From assembly GCA_043228905.1 (NCBI GenBank), contig JBHGNT010000011.1, positions 15,314,001-15,378,000 of the forward strand: a stretch of DNA of 64,000 bases, in the 5' to 3' direction. Below are positions 1 to 13,170 of the stretch, in pieces (the first letter of the stretch is position 1; every line of letters begins with the position of its first letter). The DNA is from Azolla caroliniana. Lineage: Eukaryota; Plantae; Polypodiophyta. Below the pieces are notes generated by a model, which searched no databases, was not told the DNA's origin, and was given only the letters and a program-made list of their open reading frames with translations. Position numbers and translations under genes: made by a program.

Positions 1-548
1 GGGCTTAAAGCTATGTCAACCAAAAGAGGCCACATATATGGTGATGCGTGATTCATACAAAAACACATACTTTCTTAAACCTATCAATGATGGGAGTGTG
101 TGCTTGATACAGAAAGCGGGCGAAGCTCAGGCAAAACTACTTGGCAACATAATATGCGACGGATTAGCTCGTGATTGGATTCGATTGTGTGGGCCATCAA
201 AAAAAGGTATGGAATGGAAACCATAGTGCGGATCTGTATACGGAAGTCTCGTTCCAATGTGTGGACATTTTTTCGTCGTGTCCGGGGATCTCAAACTTTG
301 GGCACACACCGAAAGACCCCAGAATCCGATAGATACCGATGCACACTCATTCCTTCCTATACACTTGTTTTCATGGGGGGTGTTTTGTGTGTCTATAGTT
401 TGCTTTGTAGAACTATTCATTTGATCTGAAGCCATGGAAAGCCATCCATCCAGTCTATCCCTCTGATCTGATTGATGGATCCAACACAGAAAAGAGAATG
501 TCTCCATTGATGGGTTTCTGATTTAGTTAATCAGCCTCAACGAAGAAG

Positions 549-2852
549 ATGGACATATACCAACAACAACCAACGATGAATGGTCCATGGCTCGATTCTC
601 CCCCTCACATCAAGGAGAAGACCACATCTTCCATTCACCATAACCTCCCCTCCCTCTTGAAAGACTGCGGGAAGACGAAGGATATCCAGCAAGGTATGTC
701 TCTTCACACACATATCTGCAAATTCCTTAATTCCCACGACACTTACTTGGGCAATTGCCTCATTGAAATGTATGCAAATTGTGATAGACTCGATGAAGCT
801 CTCTCTTCCTTCCATCGCATTACAAATCCTAACCTTCACTCATGGAATATCGTTATGAATGCTTTCACTAAACATAAGCACTTTGAAACCGCCTTGGACA
901 TTTACCACCAGATGCAAAATCATGAACTTGCACCCAATACATATACTTTTGTATCTGTCCTCAATGCTTGTGTTTCTTCCTCAATACATGGTGTACATGA
1001 GATTCATGCTTCCATTATCGAACATGGGTTGATGAAAGACGTAATCGTGTGTACATCCCTAATGAACATATATAGCAAAAAGGGGGGTTTGCATCAAGCA
1101 AAGCTCATTTTCAATGATATGCATGTGAAAGATGTCGTTTCATGGAATGCTATAATTGCATCTTGTACACAAAATGGAAGTTTTGATGATGCCCTTGCCC
1201 TCTTCAATACAATGAAGGGTCAAGGATTTGATCCCAATCACATCACTTTTGTTTGTGCCCTCGACGCTTGTTCAAGCCTTGGAGCTTTACGAGATGGAAA
1301 GGAAATTCATGAATCTATCATCCATAATGGATATATGGAAAACATCATAATAGGTAATGCTCTTCTAGATATGTATGGTAAATGTGGGAGTTTGACAGAT
1401 GCAAAGGAAGTTTTCTCTAATATGCCCAAGCTAGATGTGATATCATGGAGTACCATGATATCGATATGTGTGCAAAATGGATATTGTGAAGAAGGTCTCT
1501 GTTACTTCTACAAGATGAAGAAAGAAGGGATCGAACCCACTTCAGTGACATTCCTATGTGTTATAGATGCATGTGCAAGTGGGAAAATGCTAGAAGAAGG
1601 GGAAAAAATACATTCAATTATTGCAAGGAGCAAGTACTCAGAAGAGTTAAGTGTTATGAATGCGCTTGTAAGCATGTATGGAAAATGTGGAAGTCTTCTG
1701 CGTGCTAAAGAGATGTTTGATCAGATTGAACACCCAAATGTTGTCACATGGAATGCAATGATTTCTGCTTATGCCCAAAGTGGTCATAACAAGAAAGCCT
1801 TAGATCTTTTCAAAGAGTTACAAAAGGTTGGGATTAAGCCAGACGAGATAACATTCTTGTGTGTTCTTGATGTATGTGCATCTTTGAGAGATTTGGAAGA
1901 AGGGAGGAAGGTTGATAAAGCCATCACTGGCGATTGGTATCGGGGAGATATCATGCTTGGAACTGCCCTTGTGAATATGTATGGAAAATGTGGAGATTTT
2001 CATAATGCAAAGATGATATTCGATCAAATGCCGAAAAGAGATGTTGCCCTCTGGAGTGCAATTGTCACTGCATGTGCAAGTGATGGTCGCAACGAAGAGG
2101 CATTACATTTATTTCACCAGATATATATCAATAATTTGTTGCCCGATCCAATTGCTTATGTAGCTGCTCTTAACTCATGTAGCAATGCTTGTAGATCTGA
2201 AGATGGCCTGAGGATACATACTGAGCTAATCTTCTTTGGCTATGAAAAGGAACTTCAGGTCGGAACTTCCCTTGTAGATATGTATGGTAAATGTGGTTTT
2301 TTGGGTAGTGCAAGGTATGTCTTTCTGCTAATGGCTCATCGGGATGTGGTTACTTGGAATGCCATGATGGCTGCATGTGCGCAAAATGGTCATGGAAAAG
2401 AAGCTATTTCCTTATTTTACGAAATGGAGAAAGATTTAGTTAAACCCGATGGAATCACTTTCATAAGCCTCCTATCAGCTTGCAATCATATGGGAATGGT
2501 TGAAGATGGAAAGCGACTTTTTGCATCAATGAAAATGGATTATGGCATAACACAGTGTGCAGAACACTATTTGTACATGATCGATCTTCTCGGTCGAGCA
2601 GGATGTGTTGAAGATGCACAAGCATTGATAGACATAATGCCATTTGAAAAGAACGAAAAGATGTGGCAAACTTTGTTGAGTTCATACAACATACATGGTA
2701 AACTGGAACAAGCCATAGAGGCAGCAACACGCATGTTTCAAGTGAATGCTGATAAAGATGCACCATACATATTACTTTCAAATTTGTATGGAAGAGGGGT
2801 TAAAAGCATAGAGCCCAACCACATAATGGTGGATGAACTTGCAACACATTAA
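549..2852 (+). CDS. PLS-class pentatricopeptide repeat protein with E domain, no DYW domain (probable organellar RNA-editing factor)
   Basis: Intronless 767-aa ORF with repeated P-L-S motifs (xxGNALLDMYGKCGSL, DVVSWNAMI, PDxITFxxxLxAC). Ends in an E-type segment (WQTLLSSYNIHG...APYILLSNLY) followed by a stop. Confidence 0.93.
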   Translation: MDIYQQQPTMNGPWLDSPPHIKEKTTSSIHHNLPSLLKDCGKTKDIQQGMSLHTHICKFLNSHDTYLGNCLIEMYANCDRLDEALSSFHRITNPNLHSWNIVMNAFTKHKHFETALDIYHQMQNHELAPNTYTFVSVLNACVSSSIHGVHEIHASIIEHGLMKDVIVCTSLMNIYSKKGGLHQAKLIFNDMHVKDVVSWNAIIASCTQNGSFDDALALFNTMKGQGFDPNHITFVCALDACSSLGALRDGKEIHESIIHNGYMENIIIGNALLDMYGKCGSLTDAKEVFSNMPKLDVISWSTMISICVQNGYCEEGLCYFYKMKKEGIEPTSVTFLCVIDACASGKMLEEGEKIHSIIARSKYSEELSVMNALVSMYGKCGSLLRAKEMFDQIEHPNVVTWNAMISAYAQSGHNKKALDLFKELQKVGIKPDEITFLCVLDVCASLRDLEEGRKVDKAITGDWYRGDIMLGTALVNMYGKCGDFHNAKMIFDQMPKRDVALWSAIVTACASDGRNEEALHLFHQIYINNLLPDPIAYVAALNSCSNACRSEDGLRIHTELIFFGYEKELQVGTSLVDMYGKCGFLGSARYVFLLMAHRDVVTWNAMMAACAQNGHGKEAISLFYEMEKDLVKPDGITFISLLSACNHMGMVEDGKRLFASMKMDYGITQCAEHYLYMIDLLGRAGCVEDAQALIDIMPFEKNEKMWQTLLSSYNIHGKLEQAIEAATRMFQVNADKDAPYILLSNLYGRGVKSIEPNHIMVDELATH

Positions 2853-4015
2853 GTTTTTGTGTAGTGTTTGCGATCAAACCATGTATCAACTTTGGCATAT
2901 GCTTCCCCAATAGGTGGAAACTCTTCTCTGCCAAAAAATGTGGTATGAGATGGGATTGCATATTGATCTTAGGTGATAAAAACAAGTCTTTGAAAAAGTT
3001 CAACCGAGACAAACAGAGTTACCGCGAATTCTGCTATAAGCCAAGGCTTTAATTTCTGAAACTACCAGAGAAATTTGTACATGGGGATGATATCAGAGCC
3101 AACGATGAACTCTCTTTCCCAGGGGCATGTCCCAATTTGCTGTCAAGGCTAAGCTCCGTCAAACCAAATTTATCACATAAACTCTGATACTCACATCAAT
3201 GCTAGGATTGAATCATGATAAATCTAGCACTAAGCACAGAGAAAAAAATTATCAATATGCAAGGGGATGACTAGGTAATAGTTGAGCACAACATGATCAC
3301 ACAAGGTATGGGATGGAGAAATACTTGATAGATCATCATATAATAGGAAAATGTAAGAATGTTCAGGGGACAAACCTTTAAACAGATACCTTGCATACAT
3401 ATGCATGGCGAAAAAATGAATCTAACATTTTTAGTGAAGTGGTTGAAGAAAAGTCTTATTATATTCTATAATGAAAGGTTTGATCACACATACGTGCCCT
3501 TGACTTTAAAAACGTTTACGCTTGCCTGTGAAATCATTGATTAATAAGATTAAGGGGGGCATCTATCTCTAAGAATGTTCTTATTCAAAAACATGTGTAT
3601 AACAGATTCAATGCTTTTTCATGCATACATGAAGCCGTAAAATCTTTCAAAATAAACTTAACTTTTAAACTGTGTTGTAACATAATGATACATCTTGTAC
3701 TAATGTCTCTGTCGTAATGTCTTATTTAGAACTAACAATAAGTTTGCAAATATGCTAAGTTACTAATAGTATATGGGGTCACTATGGGGTGTGGCACAAG
3801 GTCACCACTTTGTGTAATAAAGATTGCCACGTGGAAACCACGGATTCTTCATTATTTGCAAAAATGATATTGTGGCACCACATTTTATTTTGCAAGAGAA
3901 TGCAGCTTGTGGTATAGTGCCACTTCTTTGCCATAAAACCTCAAAAATATATGTTTTGTTGAGGTTATCTTTACAATTGAATTTGAGTGTGATCTCATTT
4001 CTCTGTTATAAAACC

Positions 4016-5558
4016 TCAAACATTTTCTTTAGTTGAGGAGGTGTCATTTGATTTGGTCTCTTGTTGATTATAGATATCATCCCATAAAGCTCTTAGAAAC
4101 CCCACCCATGCTACAATGTATGTAAGAGCTAGCAAAAGTAAGACATATGAGCATACTTTAGCAACTTGAATCCAATCTTCCTTTACATTTTGTGAAAGAC
4201 CAGCTCGACATGATGTACAATCATAACATAATAAGGAAGGACTATTATCCCATCTACCACAATCACCCGTTGCATTTGCATGTGTCGCATTTTCCCAATG
4301 AGTAGGAGTAACAAATGTAAAAGCACAAGCCTTTGGTGGCTTACAACATCCTGACTACAAGACCAAAAAACAAAATGATAGCTAGTAAATTTATCCACAT
4401 CCCATCTGATTCATTCATTACATACATTACATAGGACAAACTATGACCATCTATTCAACGTAAACATTACCTGGATTGATGAGAGTTTTGCATTATTGAA
4501 GGCCTCAATTGTAGGATACTTTTTATCAAGTTTTTGACATGGTTTCTTATCTTGTATGCAACTTCTCATGCCTGCCCATTTTGTTGGATCTCGTGTCTAT
4601 TCTACAAAAGCTACATCAATAAAAAATCTTGACATATAGCAAAGCAAAAATCGAAATAAAGAGCAAGATTCATTTTATAATGGAAAAGTACATTCATTAT
4701 GTGAAAAAGTTGTATAGTTTGAAAGAAATTTGTTTGTAACTTCCAACTAGGTATGAAGACTCTACATGGACTAGAATTTAGATCACACAAGTGAGATGAC
4801 CAAAAATACCTAGAAAATATGTCTAGAATTTTTTTATACCTCAACATTAGAATCTTGAAACTTATGTCACATCTAAATCTAGTAAATCCAAATAAAATCC
4901 AACATATGAGTTGATGGTGTTAGGTATGTGATTTTTCCAATATTGTTTGGACTCTCATCGAAAGGCATGTGAAGAAATCCATATATCAATTATGGTTCTA
5001 CAATAATTCACCGGTTCTAGGGCCCCTAATGTGATGTTAGCATCAAGCAATCATGTCTCATACTTTTATTGTGACTATGTATTTTATATAATAACAAATA
5101 GAAAAGGAAAAATAAAGAGAGAGAGAAAGAGATACTTGTTGTTGGAACCACAGTGTGAAATCACCAAGGCGATACTCTTCGTAGGAAGCACCCGAGACAA
5201 TATGACCACCACCTCCCCTCGTGACAAACCATGCAAAAAGAGTGAACGCTAGCAATAGAACTAGTAATAAGAGGACTAGGAGCATGTAAGCCCACACCAA
5301 CACTCCATATCGATACATTGCACCCACTAAACCAAGTAATGCTGCAATCAATAGGGACGTGCTCACTAGCAATATTGGAAACTCCAAGAACTTGAGGCAA
5401 TCTTGGTGGTGTCTTTTAGCTTGCCAAATGCCCACCCATAATAATGGCACACACAATCCCATTATTATCAAACTAGTTACCCCCAACATTCTCTCCGAAA
5501 TGATCCCTTTCCGGTTTGTCGATGACTCTTTTGTCATCTTATGAAATCGTCCCATCAT
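4016..5558 (-). CDS. TET: Plant tetraspanin, 3 exons (5558-5136, 4596-4471, 4354-4016), about 295 aa
   Basis: GT-AG spliced frame with four hydrophobic segments, SGASYEEYRLGDF, the plant tetraspanin signature SGCCKPP and CYDCTSCRAG. Stop TGA at 4018-4016. Start codon uncertain because an acceptor-like ttttag lies just upstream. Confidence 0.88.
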
Positions 5559-8500
5559 CTTTTCATTCCCCACTTCTTTTACGATGTCCTAAAAAACCTT
5601 CATATGGAGATCATAGAACTATTGCCATTTGTTCATTGGATCACATACAATAAACTTCATATGTTGTATGGAGCACCTACAACATGGTAATGAACTAATA
5701 ATGTTATGGATGCATAGATACTTGAGCCTCCTCAAAGTTGCTAAATCTTCAATATCTCAAAACAATAAGTACTTATATTGCAGAAAACATCATTTGTCAA
5801 AATTTATGAGAAAATGTTGCAACATTATTGTTTTTTAATCAATTCATGCAAATGTCATGTAGGTAATTACAATTATGCCACACCAACGTTATATATAATT
5901 GATTGTAGAAGTCTAAGTAAAATATTGTCAAGGTTACCCAGTTGCGTTTGTCCACATTAAGTTTCTCACCCAATTTGTCTAAACTTGATTGAATTTGGAT
6001 TGTTCTATACTTGAAATATGTATAAAACACTTACCACCAAAGCTCCAAACATGATACATTACTCAACAAGCCAAGTATGAACATTTGGTAGAATGGATAT
6101 AAATTATCTAGAAAAATACATATAATTATCCTTGGCTTACCATTGAAGGTGCCTTTGAAATTTCTAATAAAATAAATGAATCGACAAATAGAATCTCTAC
6201 TTGTGTGCATTTCACTCTTTCAAAACAATTGCTTGAATCGTAGCCTAAAGATGGCAAAGAAAGGAATCAGTTGTGCTAAGAAAATGCAAAATACTATTAT
6301 ACGACCATATGGGTTGAATAAGCGTGAATACTCAACATTCACTAGTTAGCGCACATCCACGTAATTTCATTAACTTTTGGTAGTAGAAAATGTATTGAAA
6401 GTTATATTAAATCATGAAACAATCAATGAAATTGTTGCTTTCTTTCACCACGTTTCTCACTTTTTGATTATTTTCCCCTTAAATATGCATAATAAATGTG
6501 TACACAAATCCGCATGATTGCAAATAATATACAAGATTAGAAATTCTCATTAGGCTACACTTTGTTATATAATACTTTTAAGGTTTTTAACACATCAATC
6601 ACTAAGCTCTCACAACAATTTCAGTCTTCTTGTGATATGTTGACATGCATTTAACACATAGTATCCCCTTCAAAATATACCCCTTTTTAAAGATAGAACT
6701 CACACCCTTGAAAAAGCTTGGCGACAAAAATAAACCAGCTCAAAAAACTATCAACAAATAATCTGCCTTTGAATTTGCTCATAAACAAATGTTTTTTGTT
6801 CCTTGTTACTTTGGCAAGTCTTAGGTCGCAAGTTCCAAACTAGACTTCTCTATTCACCAATTCTAACCTCTAGCTATCCAAAACATCAAGACACTAACCA
6901 TCCACTCGATTCATCCAAACACATACATTCCTTTAAATCAATAAGGGTGGTATTGGTATTATGCCTTAATGAGGGGCATTATTTATTTTCCAAATAGAAC
7001 ATTAGCATGAATGCAACATAACAATAAAATCTAGAACATTATGTTTTGATGAGCTTTTTCTTTCATAGAGTCAGGTGTTGGAGGAGTTGATGACATGAAA
7101 GGAATGCCACAAAATCTAGTAAGTCATGAAAGATACGTTATTCTTACAAATGCTACAAAATGAAAATGTTGTTACGTTGTTATTTTGTTCGTGTGGTGCA
7201 AAAATATTTAATTAGTACTTATGTAAGATCTTGACATTGTCATTTTGACCTTCCCTTAATGTCACATTCTCTTCTTTTGTTAAACTACATGCCATGTAAA
7301 TGAGTCGAAGGAATGCCATCACAAGCGTTTTTGGGCATTGTGATTGCTTTATAATAAAAGCCACTTTACAACAGTTACAAATATGAAGTTTCAAACCATC
7401 GCAAGACCTCATCAAAGTGAGACAAAATTGGTGAGGATGTCACTTACGATATCTTGCCTTCGGCATGACTAGTGTTAATTTAGGGGAATCACAATATGCA
7501 CATGTTCTCGCAACAAAATGTTTTGGATATCAAAGAGCGTGTAATTGGCAAGGTTTAAAAAATGGATCCAAAGCTTGAGCAAATTATAGTGAGAACATTA
7601 AAGAAAAAAAGATATTCCCATGCCTTTCGAAGTTTGTTTTTGTCAACTGTCACAATACAAATGGAAGCATTCTAAGGCATATGTAGCAAATGTTTAATGA
7701 TGAATCATGATATTAAACTCATTGTAAAAGTCATTTGTATTTGTCGTTTGGGATCATACTTCTAAAAGATGCTTCAAATTCTATTCTGTAAATTGACCTT
7801 GAGTTTTCTATGTTTTCCCAAATATGAATGACTAAGCTCATCTCCAATTATTATACATGTAAATCATCCTTGTTTCACACCCAGATGTCTTGTTAAATGC
7901 CCATTTACATTGCTTTCCTCATTCTTAAGGGTCGAGTAGGGGTATTTATGTAAATAATGAATGTGACACCTTAGCTTTGACCCTCCGATGCAACACATAA
8001 GCATAAATTTACTTTGCCTTCATCATAAACAAATTTCCAAATATATATGAGAGTTCATTTTGCCTTACAACAAACTAAACAAAATGCAAATTCAATTTTC
8101 ATTTCTTCCCACGCTCTCAATGAGGGGCACACCTAAATGAACTTAATATCGTAAGATGCAATGATGAAAGTGGTTGGGGGAATTTTAAACCAACGACTTC
8201 TACAAGTTTCTAGTACTATTTCATGATTCATGAAATTGCGGAAGCTATGGAGATATGATGGAGACGATATTCAAGAATAAGAATATCCCTCTCTTTTATT
8301 TAATGTAAAAGTAGAATATACATACATAACTCCTTCGATGGCAAGTTGCTCGCAGCTCAATTGCAAGAAGGGATCCATGGAGATCATCAAACAAGAACCC
8401 ATTTTTTGTACTCTCCTCATAGCATGGAGTTGAATAGCAAAGGTGGTCAAACACTAACCGTATACATTGAGATTGTTGCCTTATGTCCAACATTCTATAC

Positions 8501-9740
8501 ATTGTTGACGTCATGCACCACTATTTTTATCAAACAAGAGAGCTTTCTGTTGAGTTCACAAATTTTGGGGGTTGAATGCCCATGTTTTATCAATGAACGA
8601 AATTCCAAGGTAGTGAATTATGATGGCCGAGGATGATAATACAATGTGTCGTTAATCATAGGGTCCCCACGTTGAAACTCAAGGATATCTCTCCAAAATT
8701 TCTTCATTATCTTAATCTCTCTCACTTTATGTAAAATGGTTAATTATTGTAAAACTTATTGGATGTTGATCGCCCCCCCTTGTTGTAACACATCCGATGT
8801 TTTAGGGATTCCAAACAACACACCACCTCAACGAATTGAGTTGAGGGCCTTCTCGATAGGTAGATAAGGCGCCCATGACTTGAGGTGTGAGTCGTGGGAT
8901 TCTAAACAAACTCAAATATTATATCAAATGAAATTTGTAAACCTTTCGAAACTCACAACCTTGTATATCAAGTACAAAGTACAAACCATTAGAATCAACT
9001 ATTTCATATAATTATATTATCATCATCATACTTATGCCTCAAGTCTATTTTCATACATGGGAACTCATATGAATTCACATGTCTTGCATGCTTTTCTTAT
9101 GCGTGTCACCACCTATATATAGAGAGGGAAGGGATGCATGTAAAGGGGAAAATCATATAATTAATCAATCAAACAAGTTATCTAATCTGTGAAGAGTCTT
9201 GTCTTTCAAAATTGAAGCCAAGGGTTCTGTAGGTTCAAATTCTTTCGCTAAGTAATCCTTCACACAATCGAGCGGCATGGTCACGCGAGTTTGAGTCCGA
9301 TCGGAGATACACCCTAATCACAAAAACAAATTGGTAGTGTAACACCTGGGGCCCCAACTTGAGTATATTATAATATGAGGAAATTATATCTTATCAACAT
9401 CTTGATCTAAGAAGCAAAAATTACACTTGATTGGTTTGTTGTCTACCTCTATTTGTGGTACATATGTTAATTTCTTTGGGTTCAATTATCTTTTGAACCA
9501 AGCGTTCACCTCACAAAGCTCTTTAATAATAGGTGTCCTTGTGGGATCAATTCACCAACAAATGACCAGTTGGCTGCCTCAATGTTTTAATCTGCATCTA
9601 TTTCAAAAGGATTTGTAAATTGTGTTTTTTGCGCAATTCAAATTCAACGAGGATTGCTTTGGTTGCTCAAGGAAAATTACAATATTTATTTCTCTCTTAC
9701 AAGAAATATTGGATCATTCAACAATAAGTCAACATGACAT

Positions 9741-9990
9741 GGGATTTTAACCCACATTTCCAAGTGATTGGCACTCTACCACGGAGCCACTCTTGCGAGG
9801 ATTGTGATAAAATGTTTGGCTCGAAAATCTAAGCACTAGAAGTAAAATTTCACTAAAAATTGTCCCTAATTGATGAGACGAGATCCAAACCCATGCTTTC
9901 GAGTGATTACCGCTCTACTTGGTGATTGAAACGAAATTTCTAGCTTAGAATTCCAAGTACCAAAGGCAAAGTTGAGTTAAAATGTGTCCC
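9741..9990 (-). repeat. Two degenerate tandem units (about 140 bp) with tRNA-like A/B-box heads; possible SINE remnant
   Basis: Minus strand reads GTGGCTCCGTGGTAGAGTGCCAATCAC...GGGTTAAAATCCC. The second copy reads GTAGAGCGGTAATCAC...GGGTTTGGATCT, and the tails are similar (ctagaagtaaaattt / ccaaaggcaaagtt, tgtccc). Confidence 0.3.
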
Positions 9991-11735
9991 CAGATTCATT
10001 TTTCGGACCTAAGGGTCCAGTAATTACCCATTAGTCCCCTTTTCAGACCTAGAGACCCCATCTTTATTCCTAGGACCCCCCCGAACTATGGTTGATTTTG
10101 TCGAGGGCATGGAAAAGACGGACGGATGACAAACAATTGCTTGTTGCTTGTGCGAGGAACTATAAAGAAAGAGGAAGGAGAAGAAGCGGCCAACGGGTTG
10201 CTCCCCTAATGTTATTTCTACTTCTACAATCGTTATCGTTGCAGGTTAATGTTAGCATGTGAATTGTAAAGAACTGTGTGCGGAAGCTTGAAGACCTAAC
10301 CGACTTCACCGGATGTTAACAGAAAATATACACAGGTTTAATGGAAGCTTAAAAACACACAGAGAATATACGAGAGAGACAGAGAGAGCAGAACAACATA
10401 AACTCAATTTCAAAAATATCACTATGTTCATACAATGTGCTCAATGCGCACTTTTGTACAACTCCTTAAAAGGATTGGTAGAAGTACTGACATGTACTTC
10501 AATGCTCATACTGGCGACTGACACTAATTCCAAGAATTATGCCTACGTACTAGGCTAAGATCGTAGGCCTCTAACAACCTACCGGTTACAATGCGATGCG
10601 GCTCTTGGTTCCAGATACCGATCCGGTTTTGGCTTATTCGGCCGATCTAGATCCGGTTGAGTTTGTCCGCTCAACATGAATGCATGATAAAGAGCTTGCA
10701 ACCTAGAGATCCGAAGCCTACGCTTGACATGTAGCTTAGGCTTCACACTTAAGCTCCACCCACTTGCATATGGGAACACACTTAACTAACTATTCCTTTC
10801 TCATGCAAATTAGACAATGGCTCATCAAAAGCATTACTACATCCCAATGCACACAATTGCCAAACACAAGCATACTGCACACATGATATATTTTCACAAG
10901 GTTAATTGGGATAATAAGCTCATCTTGAAGAAGACCAAAGAAGTGTCCACTCCATAATTCTCACAACCCTTCATTGACAAGCCATCTTCCCTAGTTCAAG
11001 GTCCCGATGGTCTTACTCAACAATTGACATGAACACATGTACATGGTCTCATGATGTCATTACAATTTTTCTGTTTAATTTGGTATCATTATTCATCGCC
11101 ATCATCAAATGCAAAATATTTTAAAGATGTCTTTGTCAATAGTAACTCGATCATGGGTAGGGCAAATGCTTGGCAAAACTTACACACCAATTAATGATAT
11201 AGATCTCCACTTGTCCAAAGGAGTACACAAGAAAAGGCAATATGTAATCTTAATGAGACAAATTTTTATAAATTAGACGCATTTTCCAAACAAACACTAC
11301 AAGCAAAACCTCGCGTTGCTCAACAAAAACCTTTAAACATTCACTATAGTAATTTCTTCCTAATTATTACATTGAATTTTATCATCATAGAGAACATGCA
11401 CTCCCTCATTTGCATTTAACTTTCCTCGTCCAAGGTCATCAAAACCTAACACCCTTGGATTTACAATGGAACTAGAAGTTATGTTTTTCTTATCATACAT
11501 TTATAATGTTGACTCCCTTCATTGGTTCTTGGAGGTTTCTTCATTGATGCTCCTTAATGTTTATTATGCATTGCATTTGTCTACATCATACAATATGTGA
11601 CACCTCGAACTACATGCAATGTCGTGAATACCAAAGTAATGATGGGATTTTGGTTTATTGTTTCGTAAGGAGATTGCATTTGGTACATTAGCATGTATTA
11701 TCCTTATACTTTCTATTTGAGTAACTCAAATGCAT

Positions 11736-12087
11736 TAGGTTGTATGTGAACGTCACCTTGAATTCATTCATAGGTTTTAGTTATTGATAATTTACCAAAC
11801 ACCAACAATTAAGTGTGATACAGGTTATACCGACAACTAAGAGGCACTTATACTAGGTTGTATGTGAACATCACCTTGAATTCATTCATAGGTTTTAGTT
11901 ATTGATAATTTACCAAACACCAACAATTAAGTGTGATACAGGTTATACCGACAACTAAGAGGCACTTATACTAGGTTGTATGTGAACATCACCTTGAATT
12001 CATTCATAGGTTTTAGTTATTGATAATTTACCAAACAACAACAATTAAGTGTGATAAAGGTTATACCAACAACTAAGAGGCACTTAT
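11736..12087. repeat. Tandem repeat, 118-bp unit x about 3
   Basis: TAGGTTGTATGTGAAC starts at 11736, 11854 and 11972; copies are nearly identical. Confidence 0.95.
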
Positions 12088-13081
12088 CCAACGACATCGA
12101 GATTACTTGTGTATAGATAATACCAACTTATACTACCGCATAACAACTAATAACTAAGTTATAAAGTAAACCCATAACTAAGATACAAAGTATGCTCATT
12201 CTTAAGAAACAAATAACGTATAGCTTATACCAATCTTGCTTAGAAAATATAAGCATTTACTAGCCAATGCCAAAATGCAAGCTAATAAGGAAGACAAAAC
12301 ATACATATGAGCCCAACCTAACTATCACTAACTAGTAACCATCAAGGAATGTATACCAACTATTAAGGGACAACTACAAGTTATCACAAGTTCATTGATG
12401 TATTATTGAATCAATTTACTATTTGTTTATTGTGTCCATAGTTTTGTTCTTCCTTGTTATCAAACACATGCATTGTAGGCATTCTAAATGGATGTAATTT
12501 CTTTGGTTTCATAGATAATTTGTTAGGAGACATTGTAGGATATTTTACCTAGGTGTTAATACATGGTTTCATTTCACTTCTCTGCCTCTTTGTATATCTC
12601 TTTCTCTTTGTAATTATATCAATAGAAGTCCTAAGGTTTAACATCGACCTTAATCTCTGTTTGGTTCTTTTGTGGTAATGTATGGTACCTAGTAAAGCAT
12701 TTGACATTTTTATAGTAAATATAATGGTTCAATGATTGAGTTGACTATTGATGCTTATGGGGATCATGAGATTGTGTGTTGGTCGTAGCCTCGTAGCATA
12801 AGAACCTCGAAGAGAGTTTCTTTTTGGTTCAGGCACGATTAGTTCTAAATAGATATAGGAAAGAAAAAATAAAGGTAGAACGGTGTTATGGAGAATGTAT
12901 ATAGTGATGTGAAGATTTGAACCCAATGGCTTCATAAGTTGGTTATAACACTTATCTTTTTCGAGGACATGTTTACATTTATCGTAAGAAAATCCTCTAC
13001 AAATCACTATCCAAAACAACTTATGGGATTGAAAATGTAGGGGATGTTTTACGACTCTCAAAGAGGTGTAGGACATTGTGC

Positions 13082-13170
13082 ATGGTCTTGGGAGGAGTAT
13101 ATGGGTTATTAAATAACTTGCCATAGTCTTGGGAGGAGTATATGGGTTATTAAATAACTTGCCACGGTCT
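13082..13170. repeat. Tandem duplication, 41-bp unit x2
   Basis: GTCTTGGGAGGAGTATATGGGTTATTAAATAACTTGCCA occurs twice head-to-tail. Confidence 0.9.

Noticed and set aside
2853-3200. Possible detached DYW domain after the PPR stop
   Set aside because: No PG box, HxE or CxxC-DYW motifs recognisable.
6900-8950. Decayed coding-like sequence (also 15050-16000 and 28060-29900), possibly old DNA transposons
   Set aside because: No diagnostic transposase or helicase motif could be identified without a search.
10250-10815. LTR-like segment (TGTTAG... with TGCGGAAGC and a GA-rich stretch)
   Set aside because: No matching TSD, PBS or PPT at the candidate ends; cannot be supported as a solo LTR.
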